From: the human T2T-CHM13v2.0 reference genome, Homo sapiens
Reading direction: 5' to 3' (one strand)
NCBI RefSeq assembly: GCF_009914755.1
Contig: NC_060937.1
Length of the DNA stretch: 64,000 nucleotides
In this document: piece by piece, positions 12,670-27,364 of the stretch
Layout of the letters: every line of letters begins with the position of its first letter
Position numbering within the stretch: position 1 is the stretch's first letter
Position numbers and translations under genes: made by a program
Notes under the pieces: generated by a model
The model's database searches: none
Seen by the model: only the letters and a program-made list of their open reading frames with translations
Told to the model about the DNA's origin: nothing

Positions 12670-13385
12670 CCGCCGAGAAGGCGAAATACCTGACACCGTG
12701 GAAGCAAGTGAACAGGGGGATGTGAACTTGTCAGGGAGGCCAAGGAAGGCTGGCTTAAGGAAACAACACTTGAGTTGAAATCTAACATCTTAAGGCAGGA
12801 TGTAAGTTAGAAATTATCCCAAACTTAGAAATAAAGCAAAAGGATGACTACAGGACTTTCAGTGTCATATTGAAACATTGTCTAAGAGGCTTGTGCAAGG
12901 ATCACCCACTTCTCTAGGGGAGTACACTTGGTTTGACCTACTATTAACTATTGATTAGGGACCAAACTGTGTGAAGTTAGAGGTTAACTTGTAGGAGATT
13001 GTTAAGTTGCAAATGATTTTTTTTTTTTTTTTGTCTGGTGGAGATGCAAACATTTCTGTCCAGTGGAAAAGATAACCTAAAAGGTCGTAGTTATATTGCC
13101 CTGCAGGGTAATAACTTGCTTTGTAGCTAACTTAGCAAACCTGTTTCAATATTCCTTTCCTGAGAAAGCATGTAAGTGTCTGTTCCACAAATAGTCTTTG
13201 GGCAGTTTTACCTCCCTGTTGGTTCCCTCATTCGTGAGTGAAATCCGTCTTTATCAGGTGCTCAGTATATATTTGTATGAGTCATGCTTCTAATTATGTA
13301 AAACTCATACTTGGACAGAGGTGGGCAGAAGACATTAAATAAGTATGGTTAGCACCTATTTACTCTGGACCCAACACCTGGACTT

Positions 13386-14068
13386 ATTTTTTTTTTTAAT
13401 TTTCAATTTTTGTGGGTACAAAGTAGGTGTATCTATAGAGTACCTGAGATATTTTGATACAGACATGCAATGCATTATAATCACATCAGGGTAAATGGGG
13501 TATTCATTACCTCAAGCATTTATCCTTTCTGTTACAAACAATCCAATTATACTCTTCTAGTTACTTTTAAATGTACAATTAAATTATTATTGACTATAGT
13601 CACCTTGTTGTGCTATAAATACTTGGTTTTATTCATCCTTTTTTTTTTTTTTTTTTTTTTGAGATGGAGTCTCACTCTGTCACCCAGGTTGGAGTGCAGT
13701 GGCATGATCTTGGCTCACTACAATCTCCACCCTCCTAGGCTCAAGCAATCCTCCCACCTCAAGCTCACAAGTAGCTGGGACCACAGGCACATGCCACCAT
13801 GCCCGGCTAATTTTTTTTTTGTATTTTTGGTAGAGACGGGGTTTTGCCATGTTACCCAGGCTGGTCTTGAACTCCTGAGCTCAAGTCATACACCTGCCTC
13901 GGCCTCCCAATGTGCTGGGATTACAGGCATGAGCCACCGCATCCCACCTTATTCATTCTTTCTAACTACTTTTTGTACCCATTAACCATCCTCACCTGCC
14001 ACCCCCCAACCCCTCCCCCTTCCCAACCTCTTGTAACCATCCTTTTACTCCCTATCTCCATGAGTTCA
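13386..14068 (-). mobile_element. L1MA-type 3' end, interrupted by an Alu
   Basis: 'tttttgtgggtacaaagtaggtg...aatcacatcagggtaaatgggg...cctcaagcatttatcc'. Confidence 0.85.
13639..13948 (-). mobile_element. Alu (AluJ-like)
   Basis: Poly-T tail plus Alu body; TSD ttattcatcc / ttattcattc. Confidence 0.95.
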
Positions 14069-15057
14069 AGACCTAGACTTTGGGCTCTGAGAAAACTTGG
14101 AAAAACCTAAATGCGGTCATTGTGTTCATGGATCTACTGGACTCATGAGTAAAAAAAGTAAGAGTTAATAAATTGTCTACTCAGCAAAGTGTCTCATTGC
14201 TACAGACACACTGTTTCCCACTCAGCAACAGTTGGGGGCTATTGGTGTCCATCTCCCGATACAAGTTTATATATCTAAAAAGAATCTCCGTCATCTCTGC
14301 TCCTTTTGCATACTTTGCTATTGTCAGTGTCAGTGAGGCATTTTCCTCTCTACCCACCAGGCTTGCAGTCTCAATGTGCCTTCCTCTTCCTCTCCTTCCT
14401 CGGCCAGTTGCTCACTAAGTTCTGTCAATGCTTTCTTCAGCCACTCTTTGGGAACCTCCCCTTTCTCTCTGTCCCGTGGTCCCCCCACCCAGGTGCTGGG
14501 ATCTGTAGCATCCTCTTCCCTCTCCAGTGGGTCCCACATGTTATTGTCAGATTAATCTTCCTCATAAAAATGATGCTTCCCCATGTCACTGCCCTGTTTA
14601 AATCCTTGGGCACTTCTGCAGTTGTTACCCAGACTCATTTCCAGGCTTCCAAAAGCTTTCTACGGGAAAAGCCAAGTGAGGTGCTGGTCATAGTTCCTCC
14701 TTCTCGGAATCCTCAGAATGTCTCTCCCCGTGCAGGCCTCCCCCAACAGGAGGCTCTGAGTATAGCTTGCCAAGCCGAGAGACCCACTAATAAATTGAGT
14801 AGACAACGAGTGGGTGCTTGATTCACGGGCAGCCGGCACGCGCGGCCGGACATAAAGAGCTGCCCAACAGGAGCAGCCAGGCCTGGCTGGAAGCCACGGA
14901 GACAAGCTGATCCTCTCCTGGGAGTCTAACTCCAGACAGGAGCCGCAGAGGAGAGTCAGCGTGGGGTTGAGGGCTGGTCACCCAATCCGGAGCACTGGTG
15001 GCAGCCACAGACGAGGGCACCGCCAGAGTGACATCGTGTTCTGAATGCTCTCTTGGT

Positions 15058-15585
15058 GCAGTAATTGCGTCTTTTATTTTCTATATTCTGATGCTTTGAC
15101 ATCTGGGCCTTGCTGGCCGTGGAGGGACTGTCCCTCCCAGGGTTACCAATTATTCCAAAGATAGAAAACAACTTGCAACCCCCTACAATGTGCTTTTCAA
15201 ATGCAAACCAACCCCTCCACAGCCCCACCCCAGCCACCTCTTCACCTGCCCCAATCACTCCTTCCGCAGGGCCAAGTCTCTAACTAAGGACAGCCCATAT
15301 ACCCCAGAGCCCACTGAAACCAGCCTACCCTGAGCCTGCCTGCTCTGCCTTGCCCACACCTTCCAGCATGCGCCACAATAAGGGCCCCCGCCCACAGGTC
15401 CAGCCTCTCTGGCGACCTCCCGACTCGCTCTGGAGCTCCCCTGTGTGCCCCCTCCCCACGTGGCACAGCATGTCCTCTCCTCTTGGAAACCGTGAGTAAC
15501 AAGCTATCTTTTTACTGGCAGTTGTCTCCTATCTGTTTGCCTTACCATACCTCAAATTTTTAATTAATTTACGAAGTTTTAAAAT
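15058..15585 (+). mobile_element. ERVL LTR (MER74/MER73-like)
   Basis: 'ttctgatgctttgacatctgggccttgctggccgtggagggactgtccctcccagggttaccaatt' resembles the recalled family consensus. Confidence 0.65.
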
Positions 15586-18500
15586 ACTCAGCTCCCACAC
15601 TACATTCCCGTCTCCCTGGAGTTTGGCAATGTGGCTGCCCCTGCGTTTTTAGACGCAGGGCTGTGTGCTCTTCCTGCCTCATTCCTGCATCTCAGAGTCA
15701 ATCCCCTTCACTTCAGGTACATCAGGTGTCTCTGTTCCTTGCAGTCTAAAAAAAGCCAACTTCAGGAATTCCCCATCTTACCCTTATCTACTGCCACCTA
15801 TTCTACTACGCTTCTCAGACTCTCCGCTTCAACCATGTAAGCCATCTTTTCATTCTTGTGTGTTCCCGTTCTCCATTATCTTGCTAATATAAGCTCTTCG
15901 AGGAATGCCCTCCCTCCTTTCCTTTGCCAGGTAAATCTACTCTTCCTTCAAGACCTGACTTGTGTTTCATCTCTCCCGTGGTGGCTTCCATGACTCTGCT
16001 TCCCTGGGTGGCTTCTCTGTGCCTGTCTCTCAACACCTGCATCACCTACTCCCGGGACACTACAGGCAGCCTACGCCACCTTACATTATTCAGTATTCAC
16101 TTCTCAATATTCAGGAAATGTCTTTCCCTAAGGCTTTATGTTCTCTTGGTTCAGGGACCAAAGTTTTGATTTTGTGGGATGACAGGATGCATTTGATACC
16201 AAATACATCCCTCCACATCTTCCTTCTCATTGAATTGCTGTATAAAATTCCCACTTCCCAGAACAGTTGTTGCCTATGGACCCAGGGCCTGGCCTAGAGG
16301 GGAAGCCAGGTCTCTGCTCACCTCTAGTCTAGGCTTTTCCCGTTTGGGAGGTGAGGTTGGCCTGCCCCCAGCTTTCCTGAATGGAGAGCGTGCATTCATT
16401 TCCTAATATGCCACGATCCTTGGGAAGATTTCTTTTGCTTTAGTTTGCTGTCAGGCCTGGAAGGGAAGGTGAAGTGGGGAGTCAGTGAGGAGGGGGCTGG
16501 GCCACCTGGTGGGATGTTGGGAACTATTTTCTGTGCAGAGGCCAAGGCTGGGGCTGGGGGTGGGACACATGGAAATCAAATATGTACTTCACAGTTTGGT
16601 CCTGGGCTGACCTGTTTATAATAAAAACATTTGGTTTGACTTCCACAGACTCCAAGCCATGACGTCAATGTTGATGCATTTCAGGCCACATTCCTTTTAG
16701 TCTCCGGAGAAGTTCTTTACAAAAAGCATGAAAGGTGGAATCAAATAGTTCCTGGGATCATCTCCAGTCTGAGACATCACATTTGCACTTTAAGCAAATG
16801 ATTCAGATACTAAAATTCAAGCCCTAAATATGCCTTTTCAACTACAAACTAATTATTTGTGTCTAAATCAATGGACGGTGTCTCTTTAAATGTTCCCTTC
16901 ATTCCTCATGCATGCTATAATCAGCAGATGGCCCTACCTTCCCCCACCACCCCCTTTTAAACAGACCCTTCTAATAGCTAATATCCTGCAGTGACCAAAG
17001 CCATTAGAAGGATTAAGCCATTACTATCCTGTCCAGCAAACACACAATGCTCACGGGGATTGCCTTTTTTTTTTATTTTTTGGTTGTTGTTTTTATGGAT
17101 GAATCAGGGCCCAATGGTAGGCTGAAAATCAAAACAGGGAGGGCAAAGGGTTATAGTCATTCTTTTCAAGGACACCTCCCAAACAGCCTCAGGATTTGAG
17201 ATTCCTTTGTTAGAATGACGGCAGATGTCAGCCTTGTGGCTAGTGCAAGCTCCGAAAGGACACAGTACGCAGACCTCTGTCCCTCGTTTCCTTAATATCT
17301 AATACTCATCCTTTCCAGAGCACCACTGTGGCTGTCTCGTTGCTCTGCCTGTCCACACAGGCCTGTTTGTGCTGTAACAGACAAGCAACCAGCAGCCCAG
17401 CCCAAAGCCACGTTGCAGGGCCCAGGACTGCTCTGAGACACTGCCACCCAGTGGCGCTTCTGAAGCATAACAGCACACAGAAAGGGAGCAGGGAACCCAG
17501 TTTTATAAGCATGGAGGGGGTAGGGGGTGCAAAAGCTGGCCTAGAATCGTGAGGCCGAGCTGCAGAAAAGCATGCTCCATGGCACGGAGGCAGGTAGCTA
17601 GTTTGGAGATGGCTAAATAGGGCAAGTGACAAAAAACACGAAGAAAGGCAGCTGGAATATAAAGAGAGGAATAAAGAAATGTAATGACATGGAAAGCGTG
17701 AGCAGTCTTTTCTAAATGGAAGAAATACGCACTTTCTCTAAGTGAGAGCTGGAGCGAGATGACCGAAAGATGAGTCAATGGAGCCCTTTTTTGGAGTTGG
17801 CCTCAGTTTGGATTACTCAGTATCTCACATGTCTGGGTTCTTAAGGATCCTTGAGCTTTGCTGACTTTGGGGAAGTCACTGTATTTCAGTTTTGTGACCC
17901 GAAGGGGCTGAGCTGAACCTCTAAACAGCTTCCCTGAGCCCTAACAGTGAGTATGTAATTAAATACCTGAGACGTTGAGTGAACAAGAAATGCAGAAATA
18001 CAGAAAATGCAGGCTGTGAGCAATCCTTAAATCTTGTGTTTGACTTCAAAGTGCTGTAAGGGAGAACCTGAAAAATACATCCACTTACACCTTTGGTGGT
18101 TCAGGACTTGCCAGGAGAGTGCATGGAAGGGACCCCCATCCCACAGCGCATGGGTGACTCTACCCGCCATCTAACCTCCCTGAATCTCAGCAGCCAAGGC
18201 CAGTGCACTGAGATCTGCACCTCCAGCACTTTCAGTGTAGGGCGAGACAGGTTTAGAAGGAATTGGGCTTCTCTAAGATTGAAGCTAAACCAGAAGCTAA
18301 TGGGTTAGTAATTTAATAGGTCTCCCTTTTCGGCAATATTTTCATTTTAAAAAGAAAACTTCTGTTAGAGGGCAAGTAATTCCAAAGAAATTAGATTCTG
18401 CTGGTTGAAACGTTAAGAATCCAGGCAGGCGGTGAGGGAAATTCGTTTCCCGGCTTCTCCAATCTAATCTGATAGTGCCCGTCTTGCCTCAGTCGTTAAT

Positions 18501-20052
18501 ACTTCTTGGGAAAAAGCATATGTGATCACTCTTTTAAAAACTGTTAGAATCACTTTCCTATCCAAGGTCTGAAAGAAGATTTGGGCTTAGGCTCCATTTG
18601 AAGAAATCCAGGTTGTATTTCCCCCAGCATTTAGGGTTTGATGGTTTCTGCTTATCTAAAGTGCTCACATTGCAAATATGAGCAGCAGGGCTGGGGATTT
18701 AAATTCTGTCTTGATGGGAATTTGAACTGAAATACTCTGCCCACTGCCACTTTATAAGCTGGGAATCATCAAGCTAGCTACAAATACCTCGAGGGGTCCT
18801 TGCAGTTGCTCAACATAAATCAGCAAAATGACAGGCAATTGACTTTGAAGACAGCGCTCACATGGCTGAGTGGCTGGAGCTGCTGGAAGCAGATGAGGGC
18901 ATTTTCCTGTAAACATGATTGTGATTAGCACCAGAGTAAATAGCGAATCGGGCTCTATCTGTCAGACTCCAGCCTGCTCTGGATTTTTCATTAGGTAGAA
19001 ATCAACATGTGACTCAGTGCAGCAAAGTTGGCAATTATAAGAAATAAGTTTCTATTTCAACACCTGGTGAATACTTCTGATTTTCCTAGAAGGTAAGCAA
19101 GAAGGAAAGTTGATTTTGCCATGTTTTCATGTAGGGATAAAATAGGAGTGTGGGAATCAGTCCTTTCACTGCAAGAGCAATTCAGCTTCTAGTCCGTGCT
19201 CTGATGCTATCTAACAAAATGTCTGGCATAGCTCAGATTTTGGCTAAGTGGAAAGGTGCACGTTTGAAAGGTTGACCCTACCAGTGTCATCTGAGGTCAC
19301 TAATTCATATGCCTAAAGAGCCCAGGAAGGTAACATCAGTAGGTAAGCTGGCTGGAGGGGCTGAGGCCAAGTGGAGTGTGCCGGCCCTGTCCAAGGAGGC
19401 AGGCTGACCCTGCTCCAGCATGGACTGTGGCCAACTGGGGCAGAAAGGCTTGGGTTGTCATATCAACTGGTTTTTCAAAAGAAGCCAGAATTTGGGATTT
19501 TCATGTAAAACACTGGGAGTTCCAAATCAAACATGTCTACAAACCCAAAAGCATCTAGCCTGTTTGCAACCTAGTATTGGGCTACCTTCATGTTGGATTC
19601 CTCCAAACTCATTCTAGCTACATCAGGTCTCTAAGCCATTTCAAAGGATTTCCAGAGAGAGCTTGCATAGACTCCCTTAGCAAGGAAATGAAAAATCTAT
19701 CAGCTCTCCAGATCTAGAAGGTTTTTTTTAAAAATTCTAATTTAGATCTTTCATGCTGCAACATAAACCACTTCTTTTTATTCTCAATCAATGGAAATGA
19801 ATCAATGGAAATGATAATCATAACTCACACGGGAATTTTAAACTCAGTTGGCACTGAACAGAAGGAAACCTCTTAAATGATCCGGAGCTCTGTTCTCTCA
19901 AAGGTAGCTTGTGCTATAGAGGAGTGAGAGCAGTCGTAACTCTGGTGGGCCTGGTTCAGGTCACCACCTGCTTTGAACCTCAGTTTTCTCCTTATAAAAT
20001 GGGTTTTCTCCACCTCGTGGGCCCTGTACTGTGAAGAGTGGGTACTGGCTGA

Positions 20053-20775
<723 letters not shown>

Positions 20776-22221
20776 TGGGTGTCTTCATTTTTAAGGCAGA
20801 GGTAAAATAGTGCTTTCTCCATAGCATTGTGGAGAGGAGTAAATGGAAAGCTCTGAGTCAAAAGCTTGGCTCAGACCCCAGCCCTCAGAGGGGCTGGAAG
20901 GACTGGGCACAGTGGTGATGATGAGGAGGGAGGAGTCTAGGATGATCCCAGGTTTCTGGGTGACTGGGTGGATGAGGGAGCATTAATAAAGACAGATGAT
21001 ACCAGAGAAAGAACTGGGCTGGGAGACAGGTAATTTCTTCAGTTCAGTTCCTACTGAGTTGAAGTCGCCTCAGAACTTTTCAGGAGGAAAGGCCCAGTTG
21101 GAAGTTAAGAAATGGCTTTGAATACTTGGCTGGAAACAGTCTCAGCTGTAAGCAGCTGTGGCAAATGTGCATGTGTTAGGATGCCTGGAGAGAGTGTAGC
21201 TTGAGAGGACAAGAAGTGCTAAGAGGACCAAAACTCCAAACTGGGTGTTAAATGCTGAGGCAAGCCAGGAAAGACTGAGATTGTGCATCCTGAGAGGTCG
21301 AGGGAAGACCTGCAGAAAGGAGCTTCCTGGAAACCAACAGAGAAATAGAAGATAATGTTTCCATCTTCGACGGCTTTACAATCTGATGAAGGGGCAAAAA
21401 CAGAAACACATGCAACAACCAAAGGACTTTCTCAAGACAAAATACCAGTGAGGACCAATTAAAGCAGCCCCAAATAGTGTGGATATGCCGGAGGACTTCA
21501 GCGAGGAGGAGACACGGGAGGCAGGCAAGGTGCACCACGGGCTGTGGAGAAGACGTACTTGAGCTGGGTTTGCAGGAAGGAATGCATCTGGGCTGGCCAG
21601 AGGCAGGGAAAGGGCATCCAGGTCACGGCTGGGCTGGAGACCAAGGTTCTGCAGGGTGGAGTCCACTCCTCCACTGTAGGGTGGAGCAAGCCCTGTTCAG
21701 AAATATAGATGGTTTCAGGCAGAAATGTAGAGGCATTTTGCTCTGATGGAGCAAATATTTTCTTCTAAATAGGGACTTTCTTCTCTCGTGTCAATTTTCT
21801 TTTTAAAATTTTCCTTTATTATTGGGCTCCATTCCTCAGCTCCTTCTGTCACTCTAGAAGCTCGTTTCCTCCTGCCTCTTCCCTTTGGGTGATATGCACA
21901 CTCGAATGTCCCCAGTCAGAGGCAGACACTTTCCAGGCTGATTTTAATTCTTTAGGAGCCTGAAAGGTTGGAAAGAGCATGGAATCTGAGCCTAGGGCCC
22001 TGGTTGGAGCTGCTGCCAGTTACAAGCTGTGAAACTATAAGCAAATCATGGCATTCCACTGCGGTTGCCTCTGGAATGGAGAGGATGCTACTCTGCTCCT
22101 TCAGTCTGTGACGCATGCTATGTGAGGTCATCTAAGGGAAGCCATTAGGGAAACAGTGACAGCACAGGGGTGAGGAGCTCACATAACTCCTTGGCCTACA
22201 CGGGATTGAGCTTCAGGGGCC

Positions 22222-22825
22222 ACTGTGGGGTCGACGTCAGGGGTTCTGTGGGGTGGTCAGGGGCTCTGTCGGGTGGAGTCAGGAAGTCTGTGGGTGGAAT
22301 CAGGGGCTCTTAGGGCTGGAGTCAGTGCTGTGGGGTGGAGTCAGGGCTGTGGGTAGAGTCAGGGATCTGTTGGGTGGAGTCAGGAACTCTGTGGGGTGGA
22401 GTCAGGGCTCTGTGGGGTGGAGTCAGGGCTCTGTGGGGTGTACTCAGGGCTCTCTGGGGTGAAGTCACGGCTCTGTTGGGTGGAGTCAGGGCTCTGGGTG
22501 GAGTCAGAGCTTTGTGGGTGGAGTCGGGGCTCTGTTGGGTGGAGTCAGGGGTTCTGTTTGGTGGAGTCAGGGCTCTGTGAGGTGGAGTCAGGGCTCTGTT
22601 GGGTGGAGTCAGGCATTCTGTGGGTGGAGACAGGGCTCTGTGGGTGGAGTCAGGGATTCTGTTGGGTGGAGTCAGGGCTCTGTTAAGTGGAGTCAGGGCT
22701 CTGTGGGATGTAGTCAGGGCTCTCTGGGGTGAAGTCACGGCTCTGTGGAGTGGAGTCAGAGCTTTGTGGGTGGAGTCAGGAGTTCTGTTGGTTGGAGTCA
22801 GGGCTCTGTGAGGTGGACTCAGGGG
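22222..22825. repeat. G-rich minisatellite, about 21-22-bp unit (gggtggagtcagggctctgt[t/g])
   Basis: More than 25 variant units visible; accounts for the RALTPP and VESGL repeat ORFs. Confidence 0.97.
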
Positions 22826-25800
22826 CACGGAGCTTCTTATCGGAGGCTGTCTGGAGGGAGTCTGTGGTTCTGGCACGGCGATGGTTGTGGGGTAGTGAAG
22901 CTGCACTGGGGGCTGGTGCCTGCTTGCTGACTGATGAGCATTCTGGGGACTGACGTGGGGAGCAAAAGCCTACCTCTCTCTCTACCTGTTTAAGGCCCAC
23001 GACATGGCTACAGAGTGGAGAAGGTGCGAAGGCCAACCTCCCTTCTGAGAGGACAGCGGGGGCCTGGGCATGTCGGCCCGGTGCTCCTTGAATCTCAGGA
23101 GAAAAGGCCTAGGACGCAGAGGGATGGTGGATGCTGGGTCCTGGCAGGTGGATAGAGGGAACCGAGACGGGTAGAAATTCCTGGAAAATGAAGAGAGCGC
23201 TATTTCAGAGGGGGAACATCCCTGAATCAGAGGAGGCAGCTGCTGACTTTTGCTGAAAGGGAAAGGAACCTTCAGGACAGCGGTGGTGGCATCAGCTGGG
23301 CCGCCTAGGGCTCCGCAGCCCTAAGCCTGCACCGGCCCTGTCCTTCCCTTGGGGGGACGGGACCTCCCCGCAGGGCCCTGCGCATGGGGACTGGGGCATG
23401 GGACAGGGCTCCGCAGAGAAGACCTGCCTGAGCCGGGCAGCTGGGCCCACCAAGGCCGCCAGACAGCCCAAACCCTTCCCAGGCTGCAGGGAGGCCCCAG
23501 CTGGTGTGGCCTCAAACCGGCATCTGTTTCTTCACTCCTGGGGCTCCCTTTGAACTTGAACCTTGCAAAGCCCAAGTAACAATAAAAAAGCCAAGGAACA
23601 GGTGCTGCTGCAGAGGACGGAGGACAGGCCGGCTGGGAGCCTCAGGGGGTGTCGCCTTTGTTTCAGCGCCTTCAGTCTCCCCGCTTCCGCATGAAACTGC
23701 TCGGGACCCACGTCAGCGCCAAGTTCCAACAAGGAAAATATAGCAGCGCACAATATGTTGTTTTGGCAGAAAGCTATGAATTTTAGTATGGAATGTCTGT
23801 CACAGGGCCCATCCAATTAACTCACTTGTCGAGAAATCAGAATAAATAGTTGAGAGGAGGCGACTGCAGCTTTGCTCAGACCTTTATTTCTCATTTGTTT
23901 TCATGGTTAAGCAGGTCTGCAGTCACCAGGATGTATATTTAGGGCAGGGAAGGAGAGAATACGCATCTTCACGGTGGTTCTCCCTTTGGAGGGAAAGAAG
24001 GGTATTTTCTATGCATTTTGGAGGAGGGAATTCTGGTGAGCTTCTGTTTTAGAAAAGTGTTATGGAGGCAACCCTGGCAAACTCCCTCGAGTTTTGGACT
24101 CAGTGCTGTTGAGTCTGAGACAAGGACTGGGCCCTACCAGAGAAGTTTCTCTTCCTCCTTAGGTTATCCACGGTGGCTGGTGAGCATGGCTGTGCCGGGT
24201 GAGTGGGTGGGCAGCCCAACCTGACCCCACATCTCAGCCTGGGCCGAGCTTCCTGACGGGGAGGACACCGGGTGCTCTGGGTTAGCAATGGCAGCTGGCA
24301 CTTGGGGGTGCTGGCATCCCTCCCAGGGTGCCTGCCATGCCCAGAAACTTAAACATTTGTGTGGACTCCCTGTAAGAAGCCCTGCTGCATAGTTGAGGCC
24401 CTTGGGAAAGAAGCACCTCAGCTATTCAGCAACGGGGCTTCTTTACGAGGGCACCGGCCATGCTTGTGCTTGTCCTGTGTGAATTCCCAGGGGCAGGAGC
24501 TCATTGCAGCCCCGGGCAGGGTGCTCTCCTTGTTCCACAAATTGCCAATTATGATTTACAGACATTCAGCGGATAAAACTCTGGGCAGAGAGTGACTCTT
24601 TTCTTTGAGGAGTCTTCTTGTGGCTCTCTGAATTTAGAGCCTTGCTACAGCAGAGATGAAACCCAAAGCCGGTTTATAACACCCTGCATTCCTGAGTTTT
24701 GAAGGAACCTAATGTGAGCCAGTTTTATGTAGCCAGAGGGACAGCCAGGGGAATACATTTCAGCTGCCCAAGAAAAAACTTGGCCTGTAGCTCCCCCACA
24801 CCTTTTTCCAGCCCAGGGCTTCTGAAAACCACCCTCTCTCTAATCCCAAGGGCCCCAGCCTCCCCTTTTAAGTATTCACACTCTGGGGGTGGGGTGCAGG
24901 GGTTTATTTACATCAATATTTCTCCAATAGTGGGGCAAGAACCCAATCCAAGGCAAAAACATTTTTTGACCTTTGCTCTCATGAGCAAAGTGCCCCCAAG
25001 TAATGAGGATCTGGAAGAAGGGAAGGGCACGTTCTCTGTAGCCTGCCATCCACATCCCAGGCTGTCAGTCAGGAGGCAAAGGCATAGTCTTTAAGGGCTG
25101 CAGACTAAGTTCATCTTTGTGCTCCCGTGCTGCTTCCATTTCAAAGGCTTCGCCAGCGAATCCCGTGAGTCATTCCTGGAACCTTCAGGAGTCTCCATGG
25201 TGATGGGGTTGAGTGGGCCTGGGGGAAGCCAGCATTCACTCCACTTCCTAACAAGTTCCTCTTTTCTGATTTTTTTTTCTTTTTTTTCAATAGAGACTGG
25301 GGCTGAGGCTTGAGCTTTTTTGTTTTTTTAAACAAATCACAAAATAAGAACTCCCTAAGCCTTCTTTCCCCATTTTTTTGGAAACCCATTCTAGATAAAT
25401 ATATAATCTATTCTTACTTGCCTCTGTTGAGACCATATAAAACAACAAAGCACAACAAAAACTGTGCATTTGCTTTCTTTTTTTTTTTTTCTTTTCCTGC
25501 AAGTGTTTTCAGAAGGGATCTGGTTTTCTTGTTTTCCTCAGTGAAAAGATGAAAAGGCTCTGGGTAACTGATTGTAGCCTGAAGCAGAGATGCCGGCAGC
25601 ATCAAGCCCAGAGGAAGGCAGGCCTGTCTAGCCTACTACCGCCCCTGTGGAGGTCTACCAGGAGCCTGAAAATTATGCCCAGTCATGGTTGGCAGAACTG
25701 TGCATATTCTTATAATCCCCACCTCTCCTTCATTCTGAAATGCTCTGGAAAAGCGTAGTATCTGGGGTTTGTTAGGGAACGAGCATTAACGTTACCATTT

Positions 25801-26949
25801 TAGGTACAGGAAAATGTAGCTAAATCTACAGGCATCTATGGGATTTTCCACATGGTACCAAAAATTAAAATTTGAAACCAATCTAATGTGAATTGATGAA
25901 CATAAATAATCTTTGGGGGTATAAATTCTGTGTCAAATTCCATAATGGTGTGTGGCCCCAAAGTTCCCACACCTGAGGGTGAAAATGAGTTTTCAGTAAC
26001 ATTGAAAACTTGAATTCTGCTGACTTCGTTATCCCCTCAGGTTGAAGCAGGACGTGCAGCTTCCTGAGGTTCTGCCCCCAGATTTCTGGGGGTCTTGGGG
26101 GCATCTCGCATGTGCTCCACTCTGGAGAGTGCAGCCAATCTCTGCTGGTAGCTTAGAGTGCCAAAGCCTTGCCCGGGGCTGGGGAGGAGGTGGGGAACAG
26201 CTTTCTCTGCTGTGTTAGTCGCTGTGTGGGGCCCCACAGCAAGGCTGCTTGAGCCTTCATTGACCAGCTATCTAGTTTTTGCTTCCAGTCTGCTCTATCC
26301 TCCCTCAGCCCCAGCCTTGCCCCTCCAGGAGCACGCCAGGTTAAAGCCACATCTTTGTATTTGGAATCCTACTTTGCTCTGACAACTGAGGCTTTTCTAA
26401 CAGGTCAAGCTCACCAAATCTCATTCTGGGTTCTTACAGCGTGGTTTCTTAAGCTGTGAAACCTTTTCAAAAGATGATAAAAGCCCCAGAAATTCTCTCA
26501 GAAAAGTGAACATATAGGTAACATTTCACAGACAAGCTCAGGAGTTTCTGGGCCTTCGGGAGAGAATCCTTCCTCACAGGAATTTTCTCTCGAGAACTTT
26601 CTCAGCCCTTGCTCTGGATGTCAGTCCAGCCTGGCTCGCTACTGAGCCTGATACACTCAGTCACAGCAGAAGCCTCACGATGGGTGTGTCCCAGGCCACG
26701 CTGAGGCTGTCACAACACACAGAGTGGTTTTCAAAGCCCATATTCCACATGTGCGGTCAACAAATAAGTGTGCAAAAAATATGGCTTTCTACTCAAGCCT
26801 GTTCTTCAAGACCTCTCAAAAAGCTCTGCTTGGAAAAAATGGAGTATCAAGGCCTGATTTCAAATCCCAGGGAGCCCAGGAGTCCAGTACCTGGAGTTGG
26901 AGGATCCAAAACGGAGTGGCCTGGGAAAAGACATGTGTGGGAGTCCTAA

Positions 26950-27286
<337 letters not shown>

Positions 27287-27364
27287 TTTCAGATAAGTAA
27301 CTTACCTCTAACTTGTCCCCCTCTGCATATTGTCCTTCAGCAACTAGATATCGGGATGCTATTT

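Noticed and set aside
22253-23036. Multiple repetitive ORFs (RALTPP, VESGL and similar)
   Set aside because: All are translations of the minisatellite in several frames, with no gene structure.
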